Assembly: GCA_016204995.1 (NCBI GenBank)
Contig: JACQJR010000001.1
Location: 28,548 to 92,547 of the forward strand
Origin: Candidatus Microgenomates bacterium
GTDB lineage: Bacteria > Patescibacteriota > Microgenomatia > UBA8517 > JACQJR01
Direction of reading: 5' to 3'
DNA length: 64,000 nucleotides
Positions 38,150-46,704 of the stretch are shown piece after piece (the stretch's first letter is position 1; the number at the start of each line of letters is the position of its first letter). Below the pieces are notes generated by a model. That model had not been told where the DNA came from. It did not search any database and was given only the letters and a program-made list of their open reading frames with translations. Position numbers and translations under genes: made by a program.

Positions 38150-38904
38150 GTTGCCCTGAATGGGGGCCTTCGGCCCATAATCCATAATTTACTCCAGGCA
38201 AAAAAAGAATGCCAACTCATCATTACTGTTAGCACAAATCCAGCTGTGCCATCTAAAAATCCCGCTCGTAAAATCCAATTTTTAAAAAATTTTAATTTAG
38301 GCCAGAGCAAAATATGCAACAGATTAGAATACTCACCATCATTAAACTTTTGTTGAGCATGCAGGGTGGAATAAAAATTAACATCATTCATAAATTCGGT
38401 TAAGCTTTGATGGGGATAGTGTTGCAAGGGATTTTTTAATTCGCCTGTTTTGCCGCAAATATCCCAATATTCATGAACTTGTCTCTGCCATTTACCGGCA
38501 TTTTTCTTAGCTAGTCTCAATAATTTGATATTCCCCTGCTCCCCATGTTTTATTTCTTTCCCCCACATGATATCTTGTCTTTTAAGGTAAAAGCCATTAA
38601 AAGGTGTAATGTCCAATGCCAAATGTCCAATTTCCAATTTTAAATTATCAGATATGCGTTCGTCGGCATCCACAAATAGCACCCAATCACCTTTGGCTTT
38701 TTCTAAACCAAAATTTCGTTGTTGGGCAAAATCATTATCTAAAGAATGACTAAAAACTTTGGCACCTGATTTTTTAGCCATTTCTACTGTTTTGTCTTCC
38801 GAATTATCATCAATCACAATTGCCTCATCGCAGAACTGGACGCTCTTAATGCACTTCTCAATGTTTTTTTCTTCGTTTTTGGTTAAAATGATTACGCTAA
38901 TCAT
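38146..38904 (-). CDS. Family 2 glycosyltransferase
   Basis: MISVIILTKNEEKNIEKCI...VIDDNSED...DADE (DxD) is a GT2 fold. Confidence 0.75.
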   Translation of the reverse strand: MISVIILTKNEEKNIEKCIKSVQFCDEAIVIDDNSEDKTVEMAKKSGAKVFSHSLDNDFAQQRNFGLEKAKGDWVLFVDADERISDNLKLEIGHLALDITPFNGFYLKRQDIMWGKEIKHGEQGNIKLLRLAKKNAGKWQRQVHEYWDICGKTGELKNPLQHYPHQSLTEFMNDVNFYSTLHAQQKFNDGEYSNLLHILLWPKLKFFKNWILRAGFLDGTAGFVLTVMMSWHSFFAWSKLWIMGRRPPFRAT

Positions 38905-40124
38905 ATATTTTTAAAAACTTTCCAAGACAAGTATAAAGCTACCGGCAAAGCGACGAGTGAACCCATAATGGCCGATATTCCGGCTCCGACAATACCAAAT
39001 TTAATAACTAATGGTACAATAGAAATACCCAAACCTGCTAAACCAACCAACATCATAATCGTAGCATATTCCTGTTTTTTAACAGCTAGAAAAAGCGAGT
39101 TAAAAGAGTTGGCAAAAGCCCGAATGACGCCAAAGATGGCTAAAACTTGCAAAACCGCCGCCGCTTCTCGCCACTTACTGCCTAAAATAATTTCAATGAT
39201 AAAGCTAGGAAAAACAAAGAGAATAATACCGATGGGAATAATAATTAAACTAATTATTAGCATCGTTTTAACAAAGGCTTTTTGTAAACGCACGCGGTCG
39301 GTGGCAATTTTGGTATAGATGGGAAAAGTCACTCGCGATACAACGACTGCCACTTCGGTAATTGGCAATTCCGCCAAACGGTAGGCCATTTGATAAAGAC
39401 CCAGCGAATAGGCATTTAACATTCGTCCTACTACCATGTCATCGCCTCGTCTAAAAAAGTAATCAAAAATACCGGCCAAAGTTACCCACTTACCCCGATT
39501 AATAATTTTCCGTAATTGCCCGGTATCAAAAGTAAATTGCGGCCGCGGTTTGATAAAGATAAAAGATAGCGCCACTTCTGCCACACTGCCGGCAATTAGT
39601 CCCCACACTAAACTAGAGGCCTCCCGCGTCAGTATAGCTAAAATTACTGCCATGGCCGAGTCAATAAAAAATACTGTCAACCGAAACCAAAATTCCCGAC
39701 CAAACTGCAATTCCTTTTGAAAAGTTACCAGGGACGGATTGATAAAGCCGCGAATTAAAGGTACTAGACTGATTAGTAAAATAAGAGGTAAGGCGCTGGC
39801 GTTTTTAAAAAAGGCTGCCACCAGCGGCGCCATGCCAACTATTACCAAGAAAATAATTACTCCCCTTGCAATGGAAACAAGCCAGGCGGTAGACAAATAA
39901 TTTTTAATTCTCGCTTTCTCCTGGATTAAAAAAACATTGATGCCGGTCTCTGTTAAAATTTCTACCAACTCTATTACCAGTGCCGCAATACCATAAACTC
40001 CAAATTGCGCCGGTGTTAACAGACGGGCTAGTACCACTGTCCGGAATAAAGCAATAAAACGGGTGGCAAGCCTTAGAGCACCTACCCAGGAAACACCCTT
40101 AATCGCAACTTTTGAATAACCCAT
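38901..40124 (-). CDS. Polysaccharide flippase (Wzx / MOP superfamily)
   Basis: The 407-aa product has about 12 TM helices, and its N-terminus is typical of PST-family flippases. Confidence 0.65.
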   Translation of the reverse strand: MGYSKVAIKGVSWVGALRLATRFIALFRTVVLARLLTPAQFGVYGIAALVIELVEILTETGINVFLIQEKARIKNYLSTAWLVSIARGVIIFLVIVGMAPLVAAFFKNASALPLILLISLVPLIRGFINPSLVTFQKELQFGREFWFRLTVFFIDSAMAVILAILTREASSLVWGLIAGSVAEVALSFIFIKPRPQFTFDTGQLRKIINRGKWVTLAGIFDYFFRRGDDMVVGRMLNAYSLGLYQMAYRLAELPITEVAVVVSRVTFPIYTKIATDRVRLQKAFVKTMLIISLIIIPIGIILFVFPSFIIEIILGSKWREAAAVLQVLAIFGVIRAFANSFNSLFLAVKKQEYATIMMLVGLAGLGISIVPLVIKFGIVGAGISAIMGSLVALPVALYLSWKVFKNI

Positions 40125-40294
40125 ACATAATTTTTACGAAACCCCGATTAAACTCCGATTAAATCGGAGAAATCGGGGCTAGCAGTAATTTATCAGAAGT
40201 GCCAAGGGGGGGGTGAAAGTTAATCCGGCCCGAAAGATTGGGACTAATTATAGGCGAAAATTTTACAAAATTCATGCCAAAAAATTAATTCAGA

Positions 40295-40369
40295 GTGGAC
40301 CCAAGAGGACTCGAACCTCTAACCTCTCGAATGTGAATCGAACGCTCTAGCCAGTTGAGCTATGGGTCC
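40295..40369 (-). tRNA. tRNA-Val (anticodon CAC)
   Basis: The reverse complement reads TGGACCCATAGCTCAACTGGCTAGAGCGTTCGATTCACATTCGAGAGGTTAGAGGTTCGAGTCCTCTTGGGTCCA and folds as a cloverleaf. Confidence 0.85.
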
Positions 40370-40420
40370 AGAATAATTACATTATACCAAATTATTTGAT
40401 TTTCTAATATACTTTATAAA

Positions 40421-40972
40421 GTGAATAGTTTAGGTAAATTTTTATTTGATGTCTTACAAACAGTGGCTTTGTCGCTGGCAATATTTGCCGCAGTTTATTT
40501 ATTTGTCTTATCTCCCCATCAGGTCAAAGGCCGCTCCATGGAGCCAAATTTCGTTGACGGTGAATATTTGCTGACAGAAAAAATTTCTTACCGTTTTGGT
40601 AACCCGCAACAAGGTGATGTGATTATTTTTGCCGCACCTCCAGATAAAAAAAGTGATTACATTAAAAGAATTATTGGTCTTCCCGGAGATAAGGTTTCTC
40701 TCCATAATGGTAAAGTTTCTGTTAATGGTAAAGAGCTTGCTGAAAATTATCTACCGAGCGATATTATGACTTTTGGCGGGCAATTCCTGGCCGATGAACA
40801 ACAAATTACAGTTCCCGCTAGTCATTATTTTGTTTTGGGAGATAACCGTCCCCACTCTTCAGATTCTCGTATTTTTGGCACAATTAGCAGAAATGACATT
40901 GTGGGAAAAGCTTGGCTAGTCTATTGGCCTTTGCCGGAAGTTAAATTAATTAAGCAGCTTGCACCTCTTTAA
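40421..40972 (+). CDS. lepB: Signal peptidase I
   Basis: There is an N-terminal TM helix. The catalytic Ser box is GRSMEPNF, the Lys box is YIKRIIGLPGD, and the GDNRPHSSDSR motif is present. Confidence 0.85.
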   Translation: MNSLGKFLFDVLQTVALSLAIFAAVYLFVLSPHQVKGRSMEPNFVDGEYLLTEKISYRFGNPQQGDVIIFAAPPDKKSDYIKRIIGLPGDKVSLHNGKVSVNGKELAENYLPSDIMTFGGQFLADEQQITVPASHYFVLGDNRPHSSDSRIFGTISRNDIVGKAWLVYWPLPEVKLIKQLAPL

Positions 40973-41831
40973 CGACTTTTTCTTCGTTATCACTCTCTCT
41001 AGTTTTACTTTCGCCATTGCGCGAAATACCATGAAGGATTTTATTCAAAACTGGTTCAGTAGCATCTACATCGCCCTTTAGAATAATAATGAGTCTGGTT
41101 TGGACCCGGGAACGGCGCAATTTAACATCAGCCTTATCTTTACCGCCCAGCATTTCTTTAAAATCCTCTTCCATTTTATCAAAACTTTCATTAACAATTG
41201 GGGTAGCTGGAGTAGAAGGGGCCTGACCCATTTGGGTTTTCATCCTCCTGGATAACTCTTCAGTCCGCCTCACTGAAGCCGCTTCCCGAAGAACAATTTT
41301 ATAAGCCTGAATCATCAGTGACGGATCTTCAATGGCTGCCAGCGCCCGGGCATGTCCCTCGGTGATTAAACCTTGCAGTAATCCATCTTTTAAGGCATCC
41401 GGCAAAGATAACAACCTTAAACTGTTGGAAATATAAGAAGTGCTTTTGCCAATTCGTTGGGCAATTTGAGTGTTGTGTAAACCAAATTCATTCATTAGTC
41501 GCTCAAAACCTTTAGCCCGATCAATCGGGTTCAAATCTACTCGTTGGACGTTTTCCACTAAAGCCATCTCCAGCATGCCTTGGGGTGAAGTCTCCCGAAT
41601 AACGCAAGGAACAACCGCCAAACCAGCAAGTCTGGCGGCTCGCCATCTTCGTTCACCGGCGATAATTTGATAGCCGGCTGGAGTTTTGGCCACCACTAAA
41701 GGTTCTAAAACGCCATGCTCGCGAACGGAATCAATTAAATCTACTAAACTTTCCGGAGTGATGACCCCTCGGGGCTGTAGAGGGTTGGTCTGAAGTTGAT
41801 CTACTAGTAGCTGAAAAATTTCATCAGGCAT
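40950..41831 (-). CDS. parB: ParB/Spo0J-family partition protein
   Basis: The ParB box GERRWRAA is present, along with an HTH region and a C-terminal dimerisation tail. Confidence 0.8.
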   Translation of the reverse strand: MPDEIFQLLVDQLQTNPLQPRGVITPESLVDLIDSVREHGVLEPLVVAKTPAGYQIIAGERRWRAARLAGLAVVPCVIRETSPQGMLEMALVENVQRVDLNPIDRAKGFERLMNEFGLHNTQIAQRIGKSTSYISNSLRLLSLPDALKDGLLQGLITEGHARALAAIEDPSLMIQAYKIVLREAASVRRTEELSRRMKTQMGQAPSTPATPIVNESFDKMEEDFKEMLGGKDKADVKLRRSRVQTRLIIILKGDVDATEPVLNKILHGISRNGESKTRESDNEEKVVKEVQAA

Positions 41832-41845
41832 AAATGTTTAAAATC

Positions 41846-41861
41846 CGAAATTCGAATTTCG
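41846..41861. promoter_or_regulatory. Perfect 16-bp palindrome CGAAATTCGAATTTCG, located 15 bp upstream of the parB start
   Basis: Read directly in the sequence. Its position suggests an operator-type site, which is an inference. Confidence 0.3.
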
Positions 41862-41865
41862 AAAT

Positions 41866-41898
41866 CCCTGCCTGCCTTGCCTGCGCAAGCAGGGCAGG
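41866..41898 (-). terminator. GC-rich hairpin downstream of rpmA, a putative intrinsic terminator for the rplU-rpmA unit
   Basis: CCCTGCCTGCCTTGCCTGCGCAAGCAGGGCAGG is an imperfect hairpin. On the minus-strand transcript it is followed by AUUUCGAAAUUCGAAUUUCGGAUUUU. Confidence 0.4.
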
Positions 41899-41953
41899 TA
41901 GGCGAAACAATATTTAAAATTTTAAATTTAAAAAATTAGAATTTGTTTCGTGC

Positions 41954-42202
41954 TTAACTAACTACTGCGTATTGTTTTCCTTGTTTCTTTTTAAAAGTTA
42001 AAACACCTTCGCGGGTGGCAAATAAGGTAAAATCACGGCCTTGCCCGACATTTAGTCCAGGATGAAATTTAGTGCCGCGTTGTCTAACGATGATATCTCC
42101 TGATTTTATCTTCTGACCGCCAAATAACTTCACGCCCAGCCTTTTACCTCGGCGTTCGCTACCTTGAGCTGCTCTTGATCCACCTGCTTTGGTATGTGCC
42201 AT
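41954..42202 (-). CDS. rpmA: 50S ribosomal protein L27
   Basis: MAHTKAGGS...GKRLGVK...[15 protein letters not shown] is the L27 consensus. Confidence 0.95.
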   Translation of the reverse strand: MAHTKAGGSRAAQGSERRGKRLGVKLFGGQKIKSGDIIVRQRGTKFHPGLNVGQGRDFTLFATREGVLTFKKKQGKQYAVVS

Positions 42203-42261
42203 AACTTATAATATTCTTATATCTTAACTTTTCACACTTGTCAAGCCCCTAGTTTGTTATA

Positions 42262-42645
42262 TTATGACCGCTTTTGAGTGGTTTTTCTAGCAGATTTTGA
42301 GGCCGACCCCGATTTAATCGAGGCTGATTTTTCAACTCCGATACTTTCAACCTTGATTTTGGTGAATTTAGGACGAAAACCCGTATGTCCTCTGTATCTA
42401 GACTTAGCCCGGTATTTCATCACTTCAATTTTCTCTCCTTTTTCTTCACCTAAAACTTGAGCCACTACTTGCGCATCCTTAACATAAGGCTCACCTACTT
42501 TAACCTTACCATCCTCACTTAAAAGCACCACTTTATCCAGGTTGATCTTACCATTAGTTTGGGAAAGACGATCAACGATTAACTCGTCCCCGACTTGGGC
42601 CTTATATTGCCTGCTGCCAATTTGTACTATCGCAAAACTCGCCAT
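42262..42645 (-). CDS. rplU: 50S ribosomal protein L21
   Basis: MASFAIVQIGSRQYKAQVGDELIVDRL...VLGEEKGEKIEVMKYRAKSRYRGHTGFR matches the L21 consensus. It has a basic C-terminal extension. Confidence 0.9.
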   Translation of the reverse strand: MASFAIVQIGSRQYKAQVGDELIVDRLSQTNGKINLDKVVLLSEDGKVKVGEPYVKDAQVVAQVLGEEKGEKIEVMKYRAKSRYRGHTGFRPKFTKIKVESIGVEKSASIKSGSASKSARKTTQKRS

Positions 42646-42676
42646 AAAAGTATTATAGCCTAACTTGAGCGTATTC

Positions 42677-44908
42677 TCAAGCAGAAGCTGCTTTTGTTGG
42701 AGATAAAAACTTTTTCTTTAGTCTCTTAAGTCTTGTTTCGCTTTGACGCTCAATTTTATTATTTATTTTATCCGGCAAATTATTAATAAAAATATCTAGG
42801 GTTTCCTGAACCAGCCATTCCACCACCACAGCTAAAGTATCATCTCCATATTTTTCTCTTATTTCGGCAAATTTGTCCTTATTTTCCTCTCTTACCTTTT
42901 CCTCAAAGTAATCAATCACAAATTCATAATATCGGGAAAGATGATCCCAAGTAAAATTCTGACTGAGAGGATCAGTTTCATCTCTATCCCAAGCAGTGGT
43001 GATTAACTGTTTTCTATCAATTTCATTACTACCGACTCCTTCAAACGCATATTCTAAGCGATCCCGAGCTTCTTCCTGGTCATATTGATGAAACATGGTA
43101 ATTATTTCCTCTAAGCTCTCGGTGGCTACAAATTTAATACCTAATTGTTCTTCAAGTTTGGCAATAAAATAAAAATAATATGGACGATCATTTTTCATAT
43201 CAAAATTATAGAAAAATTCATTAATATCTTCCAAATACTCCAAGATATCTCCCTCCCAACCCATTCGACGACAAAATTCCTTTTTAAACTCCAGCTTAAA
43301 TTTTTCAAACCTGCCTTTGGTCACATCATCCTCAATTTTTTGTGAGAAAATATCCGATAGCTCTTTATCCTCTAATACATCATTAAGCGCATTTTGCATT
43401 TTAAGGGTAAAAGTTAATGTTAAATACTGTAAACTTTGTTGGGTGATTTTATCTAAGTCATCAAAAATTGCCTCTGGTCCAAACACTTCTTGAGTAAGTT
43501 TATCGCATATTACTCGTCTAAAAACCTCTAGGGCCATTTCCATATCCGAGCCCTCTCTATCTTTGAGTAATGACAAAAATTCTCCGGCATAAAATTTTAG
43601 AACATCTTGCGGATTATCTAGAGGAAATAAATTATATCTGGAGACGATCATCTGAAAATAATAATTCCATAGTTGTTCATCTATTACTTGAAGGTGATTT
43701 TTTGAATCTACTACTAAAGCTGCGATATAGTAAAATTTACTGATCTCCCCCTCCCAACCAATAAGACGAATATATTCCCTTAAAAAATTAACCGTGAATG
43801 TTTCAGATTTTTCAAAACCTAACTCTTTAAAAATTTCCGTCGGTGAGGGAAAATTGCTATTATTATCAATAAAATAGCTGGCATCATACAATTTATCTTC
43901 TTCCGTAATTTCCGGATCGCCTAAACCCAAAGGAGTTCCCCTAACGCTATCTAAATCATAAATACTACCCACTAGCGAAATGTTGCCGGTATGAAGATAT
44001 CTGTGAACAAGACCTGCTTGATGCATGATGGCCAGATTTTGTGCTATTCGGCGGGGTAAATAATCAGTCAGATAAAATTCTAAGTTATCCGGCTCGCCCC
44101 TAAAAACATAAGTACCATTTTTGTCTTTTTTAGATTTTAAATACTCATCTAAATTAATAAACCTTAAAGCTCTAATAGTTATATAATTTATAGCTTCTTC
44201 ATCGGAATTTTCAAACTCTAATAAATCTACCAGCCTTTCTGGAATTTGATGGGCGCGAATTGTAATAAATAAAGTCATGTCATGAAGGTTTTTGGTAATT
44301 TGAGTAATCTCTTGACGAGTCATTTTATGCCAGCCTGTTTTGGAGCTTCTTGTACCTTCGGTGGCATTTTCCTCCCAAACATCCTTTACCAACCTATTTT
44401 TAAACTCTGCCAAGGGAATTAGTTCACCTTGATAGGGGAGTTCCGCCGGTTCAATCACCTTAACAATACTTTCAGTATCTATGTTGTGAGAACGCATGAT
44501 TTCTGAAGCTCGCAAGATTCTAACTATGGAGTTGCTATCCTGTAAACCATGAATAATTAAACCGGAAGGAGAAGAATCAGAAGAATTAATCTCACAAGTA
44601 GTACAATTATTTCCTTTAGTACTTAAAGTGGTAAATAAATTACCAAATTCATCCAACCAAATAATTTCATTATAAATTCCGCCGGTCACCATCTCATACG
44701 AACGGCCATGATATGAGGAAATTTTTCTCAAAAGAGTATGATTTTCTTCCTCGTTGACTTTATTTTCTATCCCCACTACGGCAAATTGCGGTAAATGACC
44801 ATCTTTAAATGGACTCTGATTGGTAGAAGCTTTGACACCTTGGATAGCATCGTGAGTAAATCCCCTTATTTGAATGGAAGAAACAGGTGTATAGACTTCT
44901 TTCTTCAT
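42677..44908 (-). CDS. Large hypothetical protein with a protein-kinase-like (APH/RIO/Kdo-type) catalytic-loop motif. It is a possible atypical kinase or pseudokinase.
   Basis: LVHRYLHTGNISLVGSIYDLDS resembles the H-x-D-L-x-x-x-N catalytic loop plus a D-x-D/DFG-like segment of ELK-fold kinases. Tyr occupies the catalytic Asp position. The remaining roughly 600 aa have no recognisable domain. Confidence 0.35.
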   Translation of the reverse strand: MKKEVYTPVSSIQIRGFTHDAIQGVKASTNQSPFKDGHLPQFAVVGIENKVNEEENHTLLRKISSYHGRSYEMVTGGIYNEIIWLDEFGNLFTTLSTKGNNCTTCEINSSDSSPSGLIIHGLQDSNSIVRILRASEIMRSHNIDTESIVKVIEPAELPYQGELIPLAEFKNRLVKDVWEENATEGTRSSKTGWHKMTRQEITQITKNLHDMTLFITIRAHQIPERLVDLLEFENSDEEAINYITIRALRFINLDEYLKSKKDKNGTYVFRGEPDNLEFYLTDYLPRRIAQNLAIMHQAGLVHRYLHTGNISLVGSIYDLDSVRGTPLGLGDPEITEEDKLYDASYFIDNNSNFPSPTEIFKELGFEKSETFTVNFLREYIRLIGWEGEISKFYYIAALVVDSKNHLQVIDEQLWNYYFQMIVSRYNLFPLDNPQDVLKFYAGEFLSLLKDREGSDMEMALEVFRRVICDKLTQEVFGPEAIFDDLDKITQQSLQYLTLTFTLKMQNALNDVLEDKELSDIFSQKIEDDVTKGRFEKFKLEFKKEFCRRMGWEGDILEYLEDINEFFYNFDMKNDRPYYFYFIAKLEEQLGIKFVATESLEEIITMFHQYDQEEARDRLEYAFEGVGSNEIDRKQLITTAWDRDETDPLSQNFTWDHLSRYYEFVIDYFEEKVREENKDKFAEIREKYGDDTLAVVVEWLVQETLDIFINNLPDKINNKIERQSETRLKRLKKKFLSPTKAASA

Positions 44909-44926
44909 AAATTTTAACTCTAATTA

Positions 44927-45619
44927 TTATTTAGAAGTCTCTGGTGGGGTGGGAAACTGTTTATGATATAATTCCATATATTTTTCTGTATCCTCTGGAC
45001 TTAAACTTAGGGCAGAAGCAATTTGTGCTGCCTTTTCTTCATCAAAAGATAGTTGATGATTATTCTCTAAACCGCTTATAAAAACGTTATTAGCAAAACC
45101 AATAGATGTTGCTAATTTGGCTTGTGACAACTTGGCTTCATTTCTTTTTTGTCTTAAGAATGAACCGAAAGTTTCTTCTATAGTTTGGGCTTCGGCAGTA
45201 GCAGGCGCGGAATTAGTGGCAGATGTTTTTCTACGGTTAGAACCCCCTTTAGCGCTGGTCATTGCAGGAAGATTTTCAGTTTTGGTGGGTTGGGGAAGCG
45301 CAACTACTGCTTCTATTCTCGGTTTAAATGTTTCGTATGCTAATTGAAATCCTTTTTGTAATTCTAAAAAAATAGAAGATGTGGCTGGATCCTCAAATAT
45401 AGCAGCTCTTTCTACGGCTTGACCGGCCACTATACTTAATTCATGATAGATTTTCTCGGGTGATAAATCACTAACAACTAAGACATTCTGTAATTGCAAA
45501 ACTTTAGTAACTAAAAGATTAGCCTGATATTCTCTACCTAAAAGTTCTTTATTAAAGGCCATGCGAGCTTCTTGAACGTGATCTTGACCGTTTGGTGATC
45601 TGGGTGCTTCAGTAGTCAT
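44927..45619 (-). CDS. Putative DNA-binding protein with a C-terminal XRE-family helix-turn-helix domain
   Basis: LRQKRNEAKLSQAKLATSIGFANNVFISGLENNHQLSFDEEKAAQIASALSLSPED is a Cro/C1-type HTH. The N-terminal 150 aa are unknown. Confidence 0.55.
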   Translation of the reverse strand: MTTEAPRSPNGQDHVQEARMAFNKELLGREYQANLLVTKVLQLQNVLVVSDLSPEKIYHELSIVAGQAVERAAIFEDPATSSIFLELQKGFQLAYETFKPRIEAVVALPQPTKTENLPAMTSAKGGSNRRKTSATNSAPATAEAQTIEETFGSFLRQKRNEAKLSQAKLATSIGFANNVFISGLENNHQLSFDEEKAAQIASALSLSPEDTEKYMELYHKQFPTPPETSK

Positions 45620-45664
45620 GGCAAAATTTTACTTCTCACTATCATATTTGTCAATGTTTGCTGG

Positions 45665-46684
45665 TTATTTTCTCAAAGCCATGACGAGGCCTAAAGCCAT
45701 CATGGTGGAAATTAGGGCGGAGCCGCCGGCCGAAACGAGCGGTAAAGGCACGCCGGCCACCGGAAACATACCTAAATTCATAGCAATATTAACAAAAACC
45801 TGAACAAACAAATAAAGAAAAATACCTCCTACAGCCATGCGGGAAAATGTTGACTTGGCTTGAAACATGGCTGCTAAAATCCGCCAAAAAATAACAAAAA
45901 AACTAGCCAGGACTAAAAACATCCCAATAAAGCCCAATTCTTCCCCAATACTGGCAAAAATAAAATCGGTTTGTCTGGCTGGTAGAAAAGCCAGTTGGGT
46001 TTGCGATCCCTGACCTAAACCCCGGCCAAAAAGTCCCCCACTGCCTACGGCAATCATGGCTTGTTTGGACTGATAAGAAGTACCGGCAGGATCACGATTG
46101 GGCTGCAAAAAGGAAGTCAATCGCTCTTTTTGATAAGGAGCTAAAGTCAAAAATACCAGGAATATAAGTAAAACTATCGGCAGGAAAAGCCGAACCAAAC
46201 CTTTAAGGGATATTTGACTATTAATTAAAACTCCCAGCCAAGCTACACCTAAAATCGCACTGGTAGTTAAATCTGGCTGCAAAAAAACCAATATAGCTGG
46301 AAGTAATAATAGAAGAAAAGAAATTACCAGGGATTTTCCGTAATGAGTTAACATCCAGGCAGTTGCCAGAGCAACTATCGGTTTGGCAAACTCCGAGGGT
46401 TGCAAAGTGGCTGGTCCTAAAGGCAGCCACCGCACCGCCCCATGGCTAAACACGCCAATAATTTCCGTTAAAATCAACAAAATTAAAATGCTAACATAAA
46501 AAATTGGTGTCAAAGTTTCCAAATAAACACTGTCAAGTCTGCTCAAACTGAAAAATAAAATCACTGCCAGTATTATATAAAAAAATTGCAGAGGGAAAAC
46601 TTGAGGAGCAACTGCCCATAAAATAGTCGTACCCAAAATTAATAACAAACCGAGAGCTCCGGCCAGGATAAAATCAATATGCAT
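45665..46684 (-). CDS. rodA: SEDS-family peptidoglycan glycosyltransferase (RodA/FtsW family), probably the elongation paralogue
   Basis: The 339-aa product has about 9 TM helices and the conserved C-terminus GGSALISTMMALGLVMAL. A second SEDS gene adjacent to murG is assigned as ftsW. Confidence 0.65.
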   Translation of the reverse strand: MHIDFILAGALGLLLILGTTILWAVAPQVFPLQFFYIILAVILFFSLSRLDSVYLETLTPIFYVSILILLILTEIIGVFSHGAVRWLPLGPATLQPSEFAKPIVALATAWMLTHYGKSLVISFLLLLLPAILVFLQPDLTTSAILGVAWLGVLINSQISLKGLVRLFLPIVLLIFLVFLTLAPYQKERLTSFLQPNRDPAGTSYQSKQAMIAVGSGGLFGRGLGQGSQTQLAFLPARQTDFIFASIGEELGFIGMFLVLASFFVIFWRILAAMFQAKSTFSRMAVGGIFLYLFVQVFVNIAMNLGMFPVAGVPLPLVSAGGSALISTMMALGLVMALRK

Positions 46685-46704
46685 AACACCCAGACGTTGG
46701 AAAA

